Positions 22,266 through 34,871 of a DNA stretch of 64,000 bases are shown here, piece after piece. Source of the stretch: Paraspadella gotoi (Eukaryota; Animalia; Chaetognatha). Within the stretch, counting starts at the first letter, position 1. The number at the start of each line of letters is the position of its first letter. Under the pieces are notes generated by a model. It had not been told where the DNA came from. It saw nothing but the letters and a program-made list of their open reading frames with translations, and ran no database searches. The stretch covers positions 10,701,571 through 10,765,570 of the forward strand of contig CM119266.1 of the NCBI GenBank assembly GCA_051294375.1, given 5' to 3'. Made by a program: the position numbers and the translations under genes.

Positions 22266-25200
22266 ATGATGACGACCAAGCTCTCGTTCCGGGCACGGGC
22301 GTTGGACGCCGTAAAACCCATGCCCATATATATACAGGAAGATGTCCCAGACCTTAAGGAACTGGCTACCATCAACAGAACTGTGCCAGAAATGCCAACA
22401 GGAATGGAAAAGGAAGAGGAGACGGTAAACATTTAATTTGTCGCGAAGTTTGTTGTAACCGGGTCCCTCAGTTTGTGTTGGGAATGATTTTGGGGCATAA
22501 TCGTTCGAAAACTGTTACTCCTAGAAAATAAGTAAAAACATTTTTGTAATTTAAAAAAAAGTAATGTAGTGACAATATAGTAGATAATCTTTTCTTCACA
22601 TGTCGTATTACTTTGTGCAAGACAAGATGATCACTTATATGGAGGACCCTGTACAAGCCTCTTAAATAGCCCGAGAAACAGTTTTTTCATATAATTGTGC
22701 ATGTTTCTTTACAATTTTATGTTTACTGAAAAAAGTTTATTTATATTGAGGCGACTTACCACTTACCTTTTGATTGTTGAATTTCTATTATACAGCTATC
22801 ATAAGTTATCATTTTATAATTTAGTTTTTAATCGTATTTTTTAAAAAAAATTTACAGGAACATCATTTGCAGCGAGCCATTATTGCTCAACAGTGCTATG
22901 GAACTGCGACTGCCTTGGTCATCCCAACTCCAGAGGTTTCTTGTGCAATGGCAAATTACGAAAGTCTGTACGAAAAAGATTTTAAAACTCCGAAGCAGCT
23001 TATCCATGTACAGGTTTGATTCAAAATTCAATAAAAACGAGTCAGTTTGGAAGCAATACTAATATTAAAATGGTTCCAGGCCTTAAACTTGTTGGAACAA
23101 GAATATCCCGACTATGATATGGATGAAGAGGATGAAGCTTGGCTTGCGCAGCAGCAAGAGAAACTCAACGCTCGAACGGGTCAAGATAGCGCCGTCTCCT
23201 TGTCGCGGGAAAAGTTCGAAGAAATGATGGACCGTCTCGAAAAGGGTTCCGGGCATCAAGTCCTTCAGGCATTCATCGAAATTTTGTGTTTTTATTGAAG
23301 GAAGAATAAGATTTTTCTTGAATAACCCGTGATTCTTTTTACCTTTAGTTGCGTGACGCCAAGGTCCTGTTAAAGGAGGACGACGATCTCATCACGGCAG
23401 TTTACGAGTATTGGCTCAAGAAGCGACAGTCGACGTCCATCCCTCTCCTGCCATCCATCAAATCTGAGAAACGCGACGGCTCTACCACCAACAACCCATA
23501 CGTTGCCTTCAGGTTCGCGGAGCCTCTTATATCCGGCTAATCTGATGATTTGTATCTGTGTAATAATGAAAAAAAACAAAACAAATACATACATAAATAA
23601 ATAATTAGAATAAATTTAAATAAAAATCTTTTATTTAAAACTCAAAGGCGACGGACAGAAAAAATGCAAACTAGGAAAAACCGAAAAAACGACGAAACCT
23701 CCTACGAAAAAATGTTTAAAATGGGTTTCGAGCTTAAACGAGCCTTGAGCATTTTAGAGATGGTCAAGAAACGAGAAAAGTGCAAGAAGGAGCTGTTGCA
23801 ACTCACCATCGAAATATTTGAGAAACGTTACCAGGTATAACGGATTCTCGGTCCAACTTTTTTAGCGCAGTATCGAATGTGGCTTTGGGTTTTAACGCCC
23901 TCGGTTATCTTCGAGCAGTTACAAGACTTCGACGGCTCCATTCTCAAGGACGTCAAGCAGTTGGCATGCCAGTCTACCTCGTCCAGCGTTTACCCGACGC
24001 AGAATCCCTCCATCGACTTCGCACAATATTTTAAAGGAGTCACCCCGGCGTCATGGGTCGAACCTACGTTGCCGAGACAAGTAAATAGTCTTAGATGTTA
24101 GCAGTATGTATTAAAATGTAGACGACTTGGCTTAGTTTTGTTAGTGAAAATCACCTAGTAGTATAGCATTTCTCTTTTTCTTATATTTGTATTGTTTGGT
24201 TAAAGGATTTAAACATCATATTGTGGACATTACCGAATTAATTTAATAATAAAGAAGATATGGATATAAAAACTTCGTAATCAAAAGATTAAAATATATT
24301 TTTTTAAATTTTATTTGTTTATTTATTGCAAACGTCCCTCGTTTCTTTACCATCGACAAAGAAGAATTTTAACAATTTTATCCACAAAATTCCATCACTT
24401 TCTAAGGAGAGTCGAAAACGTCCTGGCAAAAGGAACAAACGAAAGAAGCTCGTGGGTCAAATGGGCTTGGAGTCTCAGGGAGCGACGCCGCTGGAGGCTT
24501 TGGGACTTGTCAACCCTATCGGCCTCTGCGTCGCCAACGACGGTGCTACATCGGGTATGACTGCCGGAAACAGGGCGTTGTCGCCGCTCGGATCCGGAGC
24601 CGACAGTCCTCATCTCGGTCCCGCCGGGGTCTACGACTTCGATGGGGCCAGCTCCGAGGAGGAAACCGCCTCGCCGGTAACGGTCTTTGTCGTTTTTTTT
24701 TTGTTTTTGTTTTTTTGCGTTTAACGCGTTTTTTTAAACGATCCGGTTTTTTTCCAAGCTCCGTCGCGACTCGGACGTCGACGACGAAAGCGACGCTGAC
24801 GGTCCCTTCGCCTTCAAACGCAACAAAGATTGTCAGTATCTCGCGGTAAGTCTCCTACTCCCTCGTGGATGTGATCTTTTTTCTTTTCACGTCATTCATA
24901 GTTTTTTTCAGTTCACGATTAATTTCTCATTTCATTATCAATTTTTAGTCGGATCTGCTTATAAGCAGATCCCGACTCTATAATTCACTTTGTTGGTCCG
25001 CCCCCTCAATCTTGTCGGGCATTCACATATATCATGTCAGAACATCGAAATAAGATAAATTATTCTTTTCATATTAAATGTAAATGTAAGATGTATTAAT
25101 TATTAAATAATTAATCACTCAGAACAAACATTTCGGATCAAATTAATTAAGTTAATTAATTAATAATTAATTAACTACGATAATGATCGTGGGCAGATCC

Positions 25201-28200
25201 GACGTTGTTTGCTCAAACTTGTTATTACGTTACAATTATTCGCGAGGAAATTTAAATGTTTTTCGAATTTAAAACTATTTTAAGTTTCAAGTTGACATTT
25301 TCTCAACCCAATCCTCCTGACCCTCTTGTTATCCCAGCCGAAGTCGGACGGGTACGGGTTTCTGCCGTGGGAGTCAGACTCGCGCAACGAACCGTCTTCT
25401 TCTCTGCAATCTTCTCGTGTGGCACCAGATTCTTCCGCGCCGAGCCTCCACCTTCTCACCGACCTCCGCTACCGCTACACATGCACGGCGATACGATCGC
25501 GTCATCATCCGTACAACCGGCGGCGAGGTTGGCGACGCCAGCCCGTCGCGGTCTCTGTCGACGAGCACGGCGTGGAACGCGAGCTGCGGTACTCGTGCGA
25601 CCGCGTGGTGGGTTTTGCTCGCCGAAGACGAGGTCGGGGCGGGCGCAGCAACCTTGATCGAGGATGGACGCCCCTCGACGACGCGGGCTCCTGGAATCGA
25701 GTGCCGCCGGAGCGAACGGCGCTGAGCCCGACCGGCGAAGGAACGCCCTCTGTTTGGGATGCCGTCCCAGGGAACGAAGGGACGGAGGAGAAACTGAGAA
25801 ACGGCCTTCCCTCAACCGACGAGCTAAAAGTGGTCGACGCTGAGGAATGGTGAGAGTCGGGATTCGGACGGGACGATATAAATATTCCTGTGGTCATTCA
25901 GGTCTTTTAAACACTATTTGCTTTTAGGACTTTCTTTCGGCCGGGCCCAAGGTCACCCACGTTAGGACAAGAAATCTTCGACAACGCCCCCTCGGAACAT
26001 TCCTACTTTCGCTCATCCAGCGGCGGTTCCGGGCCCAAGTCGTCGGCGACGGCGGCTTTCGGTCCCGCGCCACCGCGCCAGACGGCCGAAGTTTTTGCCC
26101 GGCATAAGGAAGCGGTTCTGGCTATGCAACGGACGCAGAGAGCCGCGTTGTTTTCGGGCATCGACGATCATTGCCGGTTTAACGACGAAGGCTCCCTCGC
26201 TAAGTTCTCGGACGTCTTCGCCGCGCAAACTCGCGAATTTTTCGCCTCCTTCTCCAACGAATCTACAAGTTTCGATTCGCGCTCGGGCGTCAAAGCCGCC
26301 ACCGCCTCCTCGAGATTGCACAACACCAACGAAGGAACTTCCTCAAAGGGGCCGCCAGAGAGCGTGGTCCTTGATACGGGCTCCGTCGCCCGCGCCATTT
26401 CAGCTCTCAGCGTTCCCACCGGAGCGTCGAAGCCTGGGTTGGACGGCGCGGCATTGTTTCAGCACCACCCGTCGATCGCCTCCACGGCGTCCACGGGAAA
26501 AGTTTCCATCCATGGCGCAACGACGACGACGACGACAACGACCACAACGACGGCTGTGAAACCCGCGGGAAACGCTCGCTCCGGTTTTATTGGTTTTCCC
26601 GCTGGATCGTCGTCCTCTTCTTCGTCTTCGCCCAGGCCTTCTCCGCTTCCATCCCCTTCGCAAATCGCATCCTCATCCTCCACCCCGACGCCGCCTCTCG
26701 TTCCTCCCTCCACCACCGCCTCGTTCGCTCCCGTTCCACAACAGCAACAACAACAGCAACACTCGATTTTGTTTCAAAATTCGACCGCGTTTATGCAACC
26801 GCAACTGCAGCAGCAACCAAGCGTCAACTTACCTAATCATCCCTCACTGTCGTCGTACAACTCGCCTCAAAACTTGTCTCAATTTTCCAATAATCATCAA
26901 GCGCAACAACATTTTCAGTCTCTGCATTCGTCCTCGACTTACAACCCTTCGCCGACGAAGACGGTCGCCCCCGCGGTCAACCATCACAACTCCATGGATA
27001 ACAATACGGAACAGTCGCCGCACTCTTATTTACCCCAAGCATCCTACTCGCCCTCTGTGTCCCTTAAAAACATCCCACAAAAGCTTTCCGTCGTCAATCG
27101 GGTCTCGTCGCCGAGCGTTGTTCAACTCGCCGCCGGCGTAGTGACTCCCAACATGACTCAAAACGCCGCTTCAGTTCCCAGTTCATCTCCCTGCCTCATC
27201 CAGGGCGTGTCGGCGATGACGCAGGCGAATCCCTTAGTGCCATCCCCCGTTCGCCCGGTCAATTCCATGACCTTGACCGGTGCTCAGTTCGGTCGGGCGT
27301 TGGCGAGCTACGGCGCCGGACGATTAAAGGCTCCCAACGCCGTGGTGACGCCCGTTTCGCCCCACGCAGCGTCGATTCCGTCACGAAATCTGTTGGGACC
27401 CAACAATGTCGTCGCGGCCTCATCTCAAGCGCTCCTCAATTCGTTGATGCCGGCAACGGTCAACGTCCAAATCACCGGCGCCGGCGCCGCTGCCTCGGGA
27501 GCCACGACGATCTCGACCTCGAGCGGCGGGTCCAAGACGCCGATTGTGTCCACTGCCCCGGCGCCCACCTCCTCCATCCAGTTGTCTTTGTCCTCAACGC
27601 CGGCTATTGGAACGGCGGCAGTTTTGACCAACAGCAAATCGCAATCTGGTCAATTGACGTCGTTGGCGATACCTTTGGCTGGAGTCGCCGCTAACGCCAC
27701 CCCTGTGGTCCAGCAACAACAACAGCGATTGTTGGCGGCGGAAATGACGCAAAGCCTCATCCACCAACAACTAAATCCCTCTTCTCTCGGGTTGCAACGG
27801 AGTCCGGGCCGATTGATCGGGCAAAGTGTCGCCGTTCCGATCTCCCTCCCTGTTTCGGCGAGTTCGGATTCGCAGTCGCCCTTTTCCGTCGGAACCGGGC
27901 AGATGACGATACCATGCACAGTGATTTCCTCGTGCGGCGTGCCTCAGAGTTCCGACGCCACCGCGACCCGTTCGATCGGCCAAGCGTTATCCAATAAAAT
28001 TTTCACTCCCGGCGCCGGCTCTTCTTTAACGTCGCTTCCCAACAAAGTCGTCCAGACGACGACGGTGTCGAGAAATCAAGGGGTCGTCATCTCCGGATCT
28101 TCTCCCGGATTCCCCTTTAAGACTGCGGGAACATTGAAGGGCGGCGTCCTGGTCATGGTTACGGAAGGCGGCAACGCTCCCGGCGTGGTCGACGGCGTCG

Positions 28201-28538
28201 CGACCACGGCGTCTTCGACGGCCACGATCTCGGGATCCCTCGGAGCATCGTCGGCGAAAGCGGGGTCTTCGGCGGCCAGTCAAAGACAGCAGGCGAAGTC
28301 ATTCATCAAACTCAGTAACAACGTCATACAACAGGCGTCGAGCGTCGGGATCGCGGGCGGAGCGACGGGGTCATCGTTGAACAACAAAATCGTCTCGTCG
28401 TCCTCGACCTCGTCCTCGCCGTCGCCCTCATCGTCTATTTCATCGTCTTCGTCCGTCTCAGGCTTGCCAAACCACCCCTCGGCCTCCCCCCACGTTGCGG
28501 CCGTGGCCGTTTCTTTGTTAAATGGTCCTTCGAAATGA
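22266..28538 (+). CDS. EPC: Enhancer of Polycomb homolog (EPC1/EPC2, NuA4/TIP60 subunit), 10 exons, about 1498 aa
   Basis: Exons 22266-22424, 22858-23013, 23080-23268, 23349-23512, 23648-23834, 23919-24080, 24407-24676, 24759-24845, 25338-25849, 25928-28538 (4497 nt). Motifs: KLSFRARALD, INRTVPEMPTGMEKEEETEHHLQRAI, PDYDMDEEDE, FEEMMDRLEK, NNPYVAFRRRTEKMQTRKNRKNDE, DGPFAFKR, GFARRRRGRGGR. Confidence 0.96.
24942..25223 (+). mobile_element. HINE/DINE-1-like family A, internally deleted copy in EPC intron 8
   Basis: Same termini and sub-TIRs as 20289-20904. Confidence 0.8.
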
Positions 28539-28974
28539 ATACTCAAGTTCCAATCGCGCGCCCCCTTTTTTCATGGGTTCGTCCTTTGGCGACTTTCGTA
28601 GTGTCTGTTGTACCTGTTTTTTTAAATTTTTTTTTTATCTCGTTTCATTGTTTGTAGCACGAATGAGTTTTTAGGTAATCAATTCTAACTCTGCTCTCTG
28701 TGGTTATAGTATTCTGTTGAACTTTCCCAGCCCTGGTTGTTTTGATGCAATGATGTATTGGTCAGGGATGTACATTTTCGTCGCCTCACTTAATTATTAT
28801 TATACATAGACAAAATTATTTTGGATTTTTTTTATAATTTTTAATTTTTATGTAAGCGCTAAAGTTCAAGCCCTGAAAGGGTCAAATTTATTTTATTTTT
28901 TGTAAAAATAAATTTAAAACTATTATAAATCTATAATTAATTTCCTGTGACAATTGAATAAGTAAAAGAATCGA

Positions 28975-31900
28975 TTAGGAGAAAATGTACAGCTCTGAAG
29001 ATGTGGTTTGTAAGGCCAAATGGTACGGATGGTGTTCATCTACCTCCCTCGGATCCTTGAAAATAAAAAGCGCTAATATTCTCTTAGTTACTTTGTGGTG
29101 TAATTTTGTTAAAGCTATGTCTGAAATTCATTATTATAACTATAAACCAATTAGTTTTTGTAGTTGTATTCAAAAAAAGTTGAAATTGTAATTATCGAAA
29201 AATGTACAACTTCAAATAAGGGTGGTTCTTTCTGTGTGACTGAGTTTAAAATGTAATACCAATCCGTACGAAAAGTCAGCCGCAAATGAAATCTACAGTA
29301 AAACGAATTAGAGTTTCAATTAGAATGGCTTTTAAGCTCTACTGGAAAAAAATTAAAATGATTTTTATCTCGCCAGACAGGCAAATGCCCGACTTGGGCG
29401 AGATGTTAATTTGTTTGCTTTTTTAACCGTAATCGTTGTCGTCATATTGTTTTAACATTGAAAATAATATGTATAACCATAGGAAGCTGAAAATTTAGAT
29501 ATGGCTTTTCATCATTGAGGTCTTTTAAATTGTTATATTTTATATTTCTATAACAGGCTATACTCATTTGTTTGTTTTATTTATAAAATAATTTTTATAT
29601 ATATAGATGAGTTTAGCTCTGCATCGGCTATTCATTTTTTTCTATTTCTATCTCTTTTAATTATACATGGTAACAATTTTCAAGCGCCGGTAAAAAAATG
29701 CTGTCATTTATAAACCAGTGGTTATTTCATTGATTTTAAAAATTAGTTGAGTAGAAAATATTAAAATAATTTATGTGTGTAAATTTTATATTGATCAGTT
29801 AAGATAGATATGCTTTGACAATGAGTGGAAAAAGTTGGCTTGCAAAATCGGATTTTATTTTCCAACTCACTTTTTTTAACTTTTAGCACTTTTTTAAAAG
29901 GATTTATTAAATTATTAACAATATTATTATTCTCAGAAAGCCCTTAAAAAAATGAAGAGAATGATATTCTTACGAAAGCTCTAACATGAAAATTAAGCTG
30001 CCCAGCCTTGGTTCAATTAAAAGATTCAAAAGTGAATTATGTAAAATTTTAAATCTTTTTTAAAATATATAACCTGTTTAAATTATTATAACATAAAATA
30101 TTGTTTATATAATATATAAGTATCATGAAAGAGCTTGAAAAAAGAAGATTTGATAAAAATCTTAAATTTACCCTCCAGTTATTAATTTTTGGAAAGATGT
30201 TTCATTTTTGAATATCCTAATTAAATTAAAGCTGGGCCGGTTAAATTTTATACTACAGCATTTGTAAGTACATCATTTTATTTAGATTTGAAAGGGCTTT
30301 CAGAAGATAATATTATTAATATTATTTTATTTCAAATTTCTTCAGAAAACTTACTGAAAGTACGGGAAAAAAATGGTATTTAAAAAAGTGAGTTGGAAAA
30401 TGAAACCCGATTTAACAAGCCAACTTTCTCCACTCATTGTCAAAGCATATCTTAACTGATCAATATAAAATTTGAACATATAAATTACTTTAATATTTTC
30501 TACTCAAATAATTTTTAAAATCAATAAAATAATTATTGGTTTGCAAATGACAGCGTTTTTTTACCAGCGCTTGTAAAATTGTTACTATGTATATCACTCT
30601 TTATTTTTTTTATCGCTTCGTTTAAAAATGAGTTTGTCTGCAACAGTTGTCCAGTTTCTCTATATCTTTTTCTTTCTTATTCATACACGCATTTATTTTT
30701 ATTTATAATGAATGATTATCATAGCATTAATGAATGATTATCATCGCATCAATGATTGATTATCATCGCATCAATGAATGATTATCATCGCATCAATGAA
30801 TGATTATCATCGTATCAATGAATGATTATCATAGGATCGATGAATGTTTATCATTGCATCAATGAATGATTATCATTGCATCCGTTATTTGGTTATTATC
30901 GCATCAATCATTTGGTTATCTCTTCAATATTTGGTTATCATTATTTTAATATTTGGTTATCATCGCATTAATAATCAATTATTATATCAATCAATCATTT
31001 ATTATTACATCAATTATTTATTATTACATCAATCAATTAAATATTATTATATCAATCAATCAAATATTATTATATCAATCAATTATTATTACATCAATCA
31101 ATTACTGGTTTTTTATATTTGCCAACTAGGATTTTGCGGTCGGTTATTTTTTTTGCTTTTTATGAGCAATATATATAAAAATCTTTGTACGCAAAAATAA
31201 AAAAAACTTTTTATTACACTTTCTTAACCACCCCTAACCCTAACTACCCCTAATCCCTAACCAACCTTAACCCAATTGCAAACCGTTTAAATAATAAAAA
31301 AATTTAAAAAAATAGTTTTTTTTATTAGTTTACATCCAACAAATTTTATTAAATATAAATTTCAGACATTTTTCGGCTTTAATGTAAACTTTCATCAGCG
31401 CAAAAACAAATTGATTTGTAAAAAAAATATTTTTACATACTTTGTGAAAAGAGACTTTGTAAAAAGAGAAAAAGAGAGAAAGAATCAGTAAAAATATTTT
31501 TTTTACAAATCAATTTGTTTTTGCACTGATGAAGGCTTACATTGAAACTGAAACAAGTCCAAAATTTATTTTTTTATAAAACTTATATGAAGTACCGACC
31601 GGTGGTACTTAAGGTTAGTTGCGGATGTTGTATAGTAAAGTTAACCCAATTACTATTACATCAATCAATCAATTATTATTATATTAATAATTTGTTATCG
31701 CATCAATCATTCTTTTTTTAAAATTTTTTCATTAATTTTCGTTGATAGTAACGTCTGGCGAGATCACTATACTTTTAAGATTTTTTTTTCATAAGCCTAC
31801 CTTATTACATTAAACATTAAATTTTAAATTTCAAATTTAAAAAAATCGTTTAAATTAATGAATTGATATTTGGCCATTCCGCTTCATTTTTCAAACGCCA

Positions 31901-33327
31901 TGTGAATAGTAAATAGTAATTATACTTTGGTCTAAAAAATCTTTGGCAGAAGTTGCAAAAAGACTACTTAATAACTGCACCATTTAATAGACCTCAGTTA
32001 TAGTTGTAGTCTAATAGAGTAATACGACTTTTAGACCTAAATTGAACCTAACCTAAATTTCACAGGTTGTTGGCATATCGGGTTTCATTAGTGTGTTCTA
32101 AAGTGTAAAATTTTAAATTAAACTTAAAATTTGTTATATATTGGATTAATTTCGAGCCGACCTGCCTCCGTCAGTCTTCTTTTATTCTCTCATTCTCTCA
32201 CTCTCAAAAAAAAAAAAAAAAACACTTCTTGCATGAAGTCAATTGGTTGTCAGGTTGTCCCCGAAAATTAAATTCATTTTGCGAAAACGCATATAATATC
32301 AAAAATTATAAATCTATGATGTCCTTATATTTTATTATTAATCCTTTATATTGTATATATTGTTTATATATTTAATATATGTATGTTTTTAGTTTATGGT
32401 ATTTTAATTTATTTTATAAATACCAATTCAATTTTTTTATTAGTTTACAAAATAGTATGCTTTATCAGTTAGGCTCTGCTTTAAAAAAATCCTATCCATA
32501 CTTCACAGGTTATTTTTTTAATGTTCAATTGTTCATAAAAATTACCAATTTCTTGTTATTTAAAGATAATTAAGTTTTTTGCTTGTTAAGTTGGATATTT
32601 TTTTCTAGCTTGGCACAAATAATGTTTGTTGAGTATTTGTTACTATTTTGTTAGACTTTATCACGCTCAAGTGATAAAAAGTTAAATTTAAAATATTAAT
32701 AAATAATGAGAAACCTTTAAAAAGAAAAAAAAACACAAAAATTAAGATTAAAAGATCTGTAATCTAAAGAAAAATTACAGATTGCTATCCTGTGTTTTGT
32801 CTGCTCAATTTTTTATTTAAAATTGTAATGTCGCATTACAAATGCGATCTTTTTTGTATACCCTATGACGTACTAATTTTAAATATTTTAGCGATAACTC
32901 GCTCATGGACTTAAAAATATTTATGGCTATGTGAGAATGGCAAAATCCAATTCCTGAATAAGACGATAAAGCTGCTTACTTCGTAAGTAAAGAAGATAAT
33001 ATTCATCTCATGATACCGGTGATATGATGTATAATTCTTTAATATGTAATCCTATTATTATTTCAATAAAAATATTTACAAAGTATTAATTTACATCAGG
33101 TTCAAATAAAAAATTAGGTATTATTTAGATGTAGTGACACACTTTTGCGTTTCAAGAATGAAGTAGACACTAATTTAATTCAATAAATTTTAAATAAACC
33201 CTCACAGAGTTGTATTGCTCCAGTCAATGTAGTCTGTTGCAATCGTTGCATCCAATGGAACTTGCTTAAGCTTCTCCCTTCCCAGCATATTTTTTTCTTT
33301 TTCTGTGATTCCATCGTTCCCCTCCAT
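28975..33327 (-). CDS. Candidate orphan 3-exon gene (about 95 aa), tail-to-tail with EPC
   Basis: Phase-compatible exons 33327-33206, 29292-29208 and 29055-28975 give MEGNDGITEKEKNMLGREKLKQVPLDATIATDYIDWSNTTLFHLRLTFRTDWYYILNSVTQKEPPLFEVDPREVDEHHPYHLALQTTSSELYIFS. No family recognised. Confidence 0.3.
29666..30589. mobile_element. Tc1/mariner-type MITE (TA target-site duplication)
   Basis: TA|CATGGTAACAATTTT ... AAAATTGTTACTATG|TA with long imperfect TIRs. Confidence 0.8.
30706..31100. repeat. 21-bp minisatellite (TGAATGATTATCATCGCATCA)n decaying into ATCAATCAATTATTATTAC repeats
   Basis: Tandem units are directly visible. Confidence 0.9.
31107..31646. mobile_element. MITE with GG...CC termini, 8-bp TSD and a telomere-like internal array
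   Basis: CAATTACT|GGTT...TTAACC|CAATTACT, with degenerate (CCCTAA)n at 31222-31275. Confidence 0.7.
31341..31584. mobile_element. Penelope-like pseudo-LTR palindrome with two minimal hammerhead motifs
   Basis: Inverted arms 31341-31436 and 31487-31584. CTGATGA-aggcttacattgaaact-GAAAC-aa-GTC on + (31526-31559) and a mirror copy on - (31365-31398). Confidence 0.75.
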
Positions 33328-33843
33328 TAACACGTATCATCACTGACATGATTTTCGATTTCCATTTCATTTATCCATGGTGAGTGATCAAAAAATGAAA
33401 ATTGAAACAATAAATCTTGTGTCATTGACCGATTTGTTTTTAAATTACATCTTTTTTGAGAGAGACCGCTATCGAAGATATATTTTACGTAGTTAAAAGA
33501 GACTATGCATGAAATGAGTTAGATATAATTCTTTCCTTCTTTTCATCTACTACCTAGTACCTACCTGTAGACAACGTCGACAATGTCAATGTACAATGTG
33601 ACTCGACATGCATTTATAAATGAATCGTAGGCATGACTTCACGGATGAGAATGAAGTTCCTCACTGGCTCCTTTTGAATATCAGTACTTACAGATTAGAT
33701 CATTCATATGAAAAATCTACATTGCCAGTAGCCTAATTTCTAAGCAGGTGTAGATTTTTCTTATAAATGAGCTAATCTAAAGTTATAGCTGGGCCCCCAC
33801 AGTTTTTCGCGCTTGGCGAGGTTTATACAGGGGTGGGACCATA

Positions 33844-34527
33844 CAGAGGGCTTCATATTATAAAATGTGGTACCCCTTTTTTGTGACCAGAACACGTTCC
33901 GAGAAAACTACTGAAGAATTTAATGAAATTTTGCATGCGGAGTACCAGTAGTGATACAAATGGAACTATCGAGGCAATTTTTTACATTCCACCCCTAAGC
34001 TGAGATAAGGGGCCCTGAGGGGGCAGCCCCTGAGGGCCACAAATGGTCAAAAAAATTTTTCAAATTTATTTATTATTTTTGTTTTAAACCGTTGCACAGA
34101 CGTTTACTCTTCCACAAAATTGTATTTATTACTTCAAAAATATTCATTTACCCTAATTTTTAGCTTCATGAATATCAGCGATAAAACTATGAACCATGCA
34201 TCTTCAACCATGCTTAATTATTGCAAATTTATCAATTTTAGTTCTAAAATGTTTTTTTCTTATATTTAAAACGTCAATGCACCTGATGCTACTAAAAAAA
34301 TTTGAAAAATAAAAATAAAATTTTAACATTTTTTGGTCCCCCAGAGGTCATCCCCCAGGGCCCTGAATCTCTTGTCAGGGGTTGAATATCAAAATTCGCC
34401 TCGATAGTTCCATTTAGTCATTAGCACTCTAAATGTAAAATTTTATTAAATTCGATTGGGTAGTTTGGTGGGAACAGATTCTGGTCACAAAAAAGGGGTA
34501 CTACATTTTATAATATGAAGCCTTTTG
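33844..34527. mobile_element. Tc1/mariner-type MITE (TA target-site duplication)
   Basis: TA|CAGAGGGCTTCATATTATAAAATGT ... ACATTTTATAATATGAAGCCTTTTG|TA with imperfect TIRs of about 200 bp. Confidence 0.85.
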
Positions 34528-34871
34528 TATATCTGGGCAAAAAAGAATTTTTAAGCAACTACAAGGTGTTGTGGATGTTTTCAAAATTTTAAGTCGTTTT
34601 TATGCTCGCGCATTATATTGCATATGATAAAAGCTATACTTGTTAATATTTTTCGGTGGTCGTTTCTGAACATGATAGTGTTGTCTTATCTTCAATTTAC
34701 CTTATTTTAAGCTTCTCATATCTATCCAAATTAAAATTATTAAAATTTCTTTCAGGTAAACACAACTAAATATTTAAAAGATTTTAACGAATTTGCTTAA
34801 ATCGTCAAAAAAAATTATATTTTTTTTGTTTAGTCACTTTTATTATGCATTCCTGAAGAAATCTTACATAT

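Larger units (their letters stand above)
29362..31785 (+). mobile_element. HINE/DINE-1-like family B, hosting nested insertions
   Basis: T-tract start with sub-TIR ATCTCGCCAGAC (29367), its inverse GTCTGGCGAGAT at 31753, and an internal minisatellite. Confidence 0.65.

Noticed and set aside
25256-28546. Overlapping and antisense ORFs within EPC exons 9-10
   Set aside because: Shadow frames of GC-rich coding sequence.
30706-30880. CRISPR-like regular repeats
   Set aside because: Head-to-tail 21-bp minisatellite with no unique spacers, in a eukaryotic context.
31800-33050. Pseudogene-like frames with a faint glycosyltransferase feel
   Set aside because: A stop occurs about every 12 codons, as expected for random AT-rich DNA.
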